A stretch of DNA of 14,611 bases from NCBI RefSeq assembly GCF_003334255.1, contig NZ_QOWU01000079.1; one strand, written 5' to 3'. The stretch comes from Escherichia coli (lineage in GTDB: Bacteria > Pseudomonadota > Gammaproteobacteria > Enterobacterales > Enterobacteriaceae). Positions 12,193 to 14,611 of the stretch are shown here, one piece after another. The notes under the pieces are model-generated. The model worked only from the letters and a program-made list of their open reading frames with translations, did not search any database and was not told where the DNA came from. A program made the position numbers and the translations under genes. Each line of letters starts with the position of its first letter. Within the stretch, counting starts at the first letter, position 1.

Positions 12193-12510
12193 TTTGTGGT
12201 AAATGGGCGGCTGGTGGGTGTGGTGGTTGTTGCTTTCCCGTTGCTGAAAAAGAAAGCATCAGGCGATTAGCAGGGTATCAGTTACCCGTTGAAATTTTTA
12301 AATACCTCACAATTCAGGCGGTTGACTGTTGTCTGGTTTGCGGGGAGTTTGTTAAAAGAAACTGGCATGGTGAATCCCCCTGTGCGGAGGGGCAATCAGC
12401 AACTGGTGTTTTGTCACCGACCCTTATCCTTTCTGTGCGGGTTCAGGTGCTGATACTGAACTCACCGGGAGGCACCCGGCACCATGCAATGGCACATAGC
12501 GCCACTCTCC

Positions 12511-12537
12511 AGCCCCTCTCCGGAGGGGCTTTCTTAT
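12511..12537 (+). terminator. intrinsic terminator (tR'-like candidate)
   Basis: AGCCCCTC-TCCG-GAGGGGCT followed by TTCTTAT. Confidence 0.65.
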
Positions 12538-12541
12538 GGAC

Positions 12542-12570
12542 AAAAAAAGCCCGCGCTGGGAGACGCGGGC
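12542..12570 (-). terminator. minus-strand intrinsic terminator, convergent with the previous one
   Basis: The minus strand reads GCCCGCG-TCTCCCAG-CGCGGGC followed by TTTTTTT. Confidence 0.7.
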
Positions 12571-12610
12571 GGCAAGGAATAAACAACAAAACGTGAAGTA
12601 ATATTTCAGC
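12542..12610 (-). ncRNA. candidate small RNA of about 70 nt (promoter 12646-12617, terminator 12570-12542)
   Basis: The minus strand carries TTGCGC (12646-12641), an 18-bp spacer and TATTAT (12622-12617). The predicted RNA is GCUGAAAUAUUACUUCACGUUUUGUUGUUUAUUCCUUGCC followed by a GC hairpin and U7. It contains no ORF. Confidence 0.35.
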
Positions 12611-12764
12611 TGGCGAATAATATCCGACAGTAATCACTCTGCGCAATAGCGCGGCCTTTTTCGTATTGCGGGCTGTAGTCTTCCTCCTGCCATTGTCCTG
12701 TAACTTCCGGACTTCAGCCCGTTCCCTCATCTGACTCACAACATTATCCCGACCGGGAGGATTC

Positions 12765-14611
12765 ATGACATTTAAACACTATGACGTGGTCAGGGCGGCG
12801 TCGCCGTCAGACCTTGCGGAGCGACTGACACAAAAACTGAAGGAGGGGTGGCAGCCATTTGGCAGCCCTGTGGCCATCACGCCTTATACCCTGATGCAGG
12901 CCATTGCGGCGGAAGGTGATGTCACCACACCGGTGGTGGTGCAACCGTCGGGTGATGGTGGCGCTGTTATCAGCACCACCAGCGAACCGGAATATTACTT
13001 TGTCATTGCGCTGGCCGGGCAGTCCAACTCGATGTCTTTTGGCGAGGGGCTGCCGCTGCCGGATACGTATGATCGTCCTGACCCGCGTATTAAGCAACTG
13101 GCGCGTCGCAGCACGGTGACACCGGGCGGTGCGGCCTGTGCATATAACGACATTATTCCTGCAGACCATTGTCTGCATGATGTGCAGGACGTGAGTAATC
13201 TGAATCACCCGAAAGCAGACCTCAATAAAGGGCAGTATGGCTGTGTGGGGCATGCCCTGCATGTGGCCAAAAAACTGCTGCCGTTTATGCCTGCCCGTGC
13301 GGGGATCCTTCTTGTCCCGTGTGGACGTGGCGATTCGGGATTTACTGCGGGAGCAGAGGGCGCGTTTAATGAGGCGTCGGGTGCGACAGCGGGCTCTTCC
13401 CTGTGGGGGGTGGATAAACCGTTGTATCGTGACCTGGTCAGCAGAACGCGTGCAGCCCTGAAGAAAAACCCGAAAAACGTGCTGTTGTCGGTGATCTGGA
13501 TGCAGGGGGAAAAAGATGTCAGTTCGGGGAGACATGCAGAGCACAATGCACTTTTTCTTGCCATGGTAAATAAATACCGTGCAGACCTGGCAGATATTGC
13601 AGACCAGTGTATTGGCGGGACAACGTCCGGCGTCCCGTGGATTTGCGGTGACACCACGTACGACTGGAAGGCGAAGTATGCAGTGCAGTATGAGGCGGTT
13701 TACGGAGGCTATAAAGGCAAGGCGGCGCAGAATATTCACTTTGTGCCGTTGATGACGGATGAGCATGGTGCGAATGTGCCGACAAACGAGCCGTCAGAAG
13801 ATCCGGACATTATCACGGCGGGATACTATGGTGCCGCGTCACGCAGTAATGGTAACTGGACGACAGCCGATCGTAAAACGCACTTCAGCTCCTGGGCGCG
13901 AAGAGGCATTGTTTCAGATCGGCTGGCAGGAGAGATACTGGTGCGAGCCGGGCGTTTGCTGCCGTTCCTGAGCGGGCAGTCTGCACCGCTGGCGACCACG
14001 CCAGCCTCCACGGGGGATGCACAGTCTGGCTCTGCGGGTCCGACGCAACAGCAGGGTGCAGGTACTTCTGCAGGCGGTCATACTGAAGCCGTAACAAGAA
14101 TGGTGGCCGGATATGATGCGAACAGTGGCAGTGGTGTATGGACAGAGCAGCAGTGGAATGCGTCCGGTGGTAAAGGCACTGTGACGGATGACAGTGGCAG
14201 GAAGGCGCTGCGACTGGAAAAACAGCCGGGTAAACTGACCTCCTGGAAGATGTTCCGTACTGTTGCGGTGGAGGAGGCAAAAAATCTTCTCAGTAAGGGA
14301 GGTGAAATTGCCGTGCGGTTTAAGATCCCGGAGGGTGTCGAACTGGTTAACGGTCAGTTTGTCTTTGGTCTGTACTGGCCGGTGTCGCAGTGGGCGTCAG
14401 GCGCGACAGCAAACAGCATGCTGGCGTCCTTCTTCCTTCAGACGGATGCATCAAATCTGAATCTGATGTACCACAAGGGGGAGTCGAATGCGCAACTGGG
14501 CACATTTGGGGCATTTGACCATAACTGGCATACAGTTGTTTTCCGCTTTGCGGGAAATAACAGCGAAAGAGTCGTTCCGGTGATTGATGGTACAGAGCAG
14601 ACGGCGTTTGA
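12765..14611 (+). CDS. nanS-p: NanS-p-type prophage sialate O-acetylesterase (DUF1737 N-terminal domain plus SASA/SGNH esterase), 5' 615 codons; 3' end beyond the window
   Basis: Absent from the ORF track because it is open-ended. I translated 12765 to 14611 codon by codon and found no stop. GGGAGG lies at 12755-12760. The N-terminus is MTFKHYDVVRAASPSDLAERLTQKLKEGWQPFGSPVAI, which looks like DUF1737. YYFVIALAGQSNSMSFGEG carries the GQSN esterase serine motif. Its position between Q and the lysis genes is the same as nanS-p in EHEC lambdoid prophages. Confidence 0.85.
   Translation, partial: MTFKHYDVVRAASPSDLAERLTQKLKEGWQPFGSPVAITPYTLMQAIAAEGDVTTPVVVQPSGDGGAVISTTSEPEYYFVIALAGQSNSMSFGEGLPLPDTYDRPDPRIKQLARRSTVTPGGAACAYNDIIPADHCLHDVQDVSNLNHPKADLNKGQYGCVGHALHVAKKLLPFMPARAGILLVPCGRGDSGFTAGAEGAFNEASGATAGSSLWGVDKPLYRDLVSRTRAALKKNPKNVLLSVIWMQGEKDVSSGRHAEHNALFLAMVNKYRADLADIADQCIGGTTSGVPWICGDTTYDWKAKYAVQYEAVYGGYKGKAAQNIHFVPLMTDEHGANVPTNEPSEDPDIITAGYYGAASRSNGNWTTADRKTHFSSWARRGIVSDRLAGEILVRAGRLLPFLSGQSAPLATTPASTGDAQSGSAGPTQQQGAGTSAGGHTEAVTRMVAGYDANSGSGVWTEQQWNASGGKGTVTDDSGRKALRLEKQPGKLTSWKMFRTVAVEEAKNLLSKGGEIAVRFKIPEGVELVNGQFVFGLYWPVSQWASGATANSMLASFFLQTDASNLNLMYHKGESNAQLGTFGAFDHNWHTVVFRFAGNNSERVVPVIDGTEQTAF

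Noticed and set aside
12365-12395. The sequence GGTGAATCCCCCTGTGCGGAGGGGCA, which superficially recalls a tRNA T-arm (GGTTCGAATCC) in the slot where Stx phages carry tRNA genes.
   Set aside because: No acceptor stem, D-arm or anticodon arm can be drawn around it, and the T-loop motif is incomplete. It is more likely a simple hairpin in the late leader or a degraded remnant.
12443-12766. The 107-aa minus-strand ORF in the Q-to-nanS-p gap.
   Set aside because: It would be translated straight through two back-to-back intrinsic terminators (12570-12511). It has no SD and begins opposite the nanS-p start region.
12807-13766. The 319-aa minus-strand ORF, the longest in the right arm, together with the 150-aa (13205-13657), 88-aa (13519-13785), 131-aa (13885-14280) and 61-aa (13826-14011) minus-strand ORFs.
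   Set aside because: All lie antisense to the stop-free plus-strand nanS-p frame, which has a clear SD and recognisable domains. Their products are Arg/Cys/His/Pro-rich with no recognisable motif, typical of shadow ORFs in a GC-rich gene.
1-14611. A scan for CRISPR arrays, IS or transposon ends, att sites, integrase genes, and rRNA or tRNA genes.
   Set aside because: I saw no regularly spaced repeats, no terminal inverted repeats flanking a transposase-like ORF, and no integrase or att-like duplication in this window.

Overview
This window is a mosaic lambdoid prophage segment of Escherichia/Shigella type.

Gene content, left to right:
- The distal part of the leftward early operon, all on the minus strand and chained by ATGA/GTGA start-stop overlaps: an Ea22-like gene (partial), two small ORFs, DUF551, an HD phosphohydrolase and an RdgC-like gene.
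- A roughly 600-700 bp ORF-free PL leader with no N gene.
- An e14-like immunity region: an S24-peptidase cI-type repressor, divergent PRM/PR with TTGCG...GCAA operators, a Cro-like gene and a CII/YmfL-like gene.
- A Rha regulator preceded by about 600 bp that the ORF track fuses to it as a 382-aa ORF.
- A replication initiator with internal iterons.
- A nin-like block: PerC-like, Dam methyltransferase, a LexA DNA-binding-domain-only protein and RusA.
- A canonical SOS box in front of KilA-N, a DUF968/Ref-like HNH protein and antiterminator Q.
- A terminator-rich late leader.
- The first 615 codons of a NanS-p-type sialate O-acetylesterase. The ORF track omits it because it runs off the right edge.

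I saw no rRNA, tRNA, CRISPR array or IS element.

Most notable observations:
1. A P1-C4 / P4-CI / IsrK-style antisense-RNA architecture lies just upstream of rha. A loop element is complementary to two repeated target sets, one of which covers the rha Shine-Dalgarno. It sits inside what looks like coding sequence.
2. A DUF4222-like gene lies in an alternative frame of the same long ORF.
3. A non-cleavable LexA-like protein is encoded two genes upstream of an SOS-box promoter positioned to drive kilA-N, the HNH gene and Q.
4. The PL leader is structured, lacks N and ends in a terminator with a boxA-like tail.
5. A candidate Hfq-type sRNA lies at convergent terminators in the stx-equivalent locus.

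All homology statements come from recognising motifs by eye and from memory. No searches were run.
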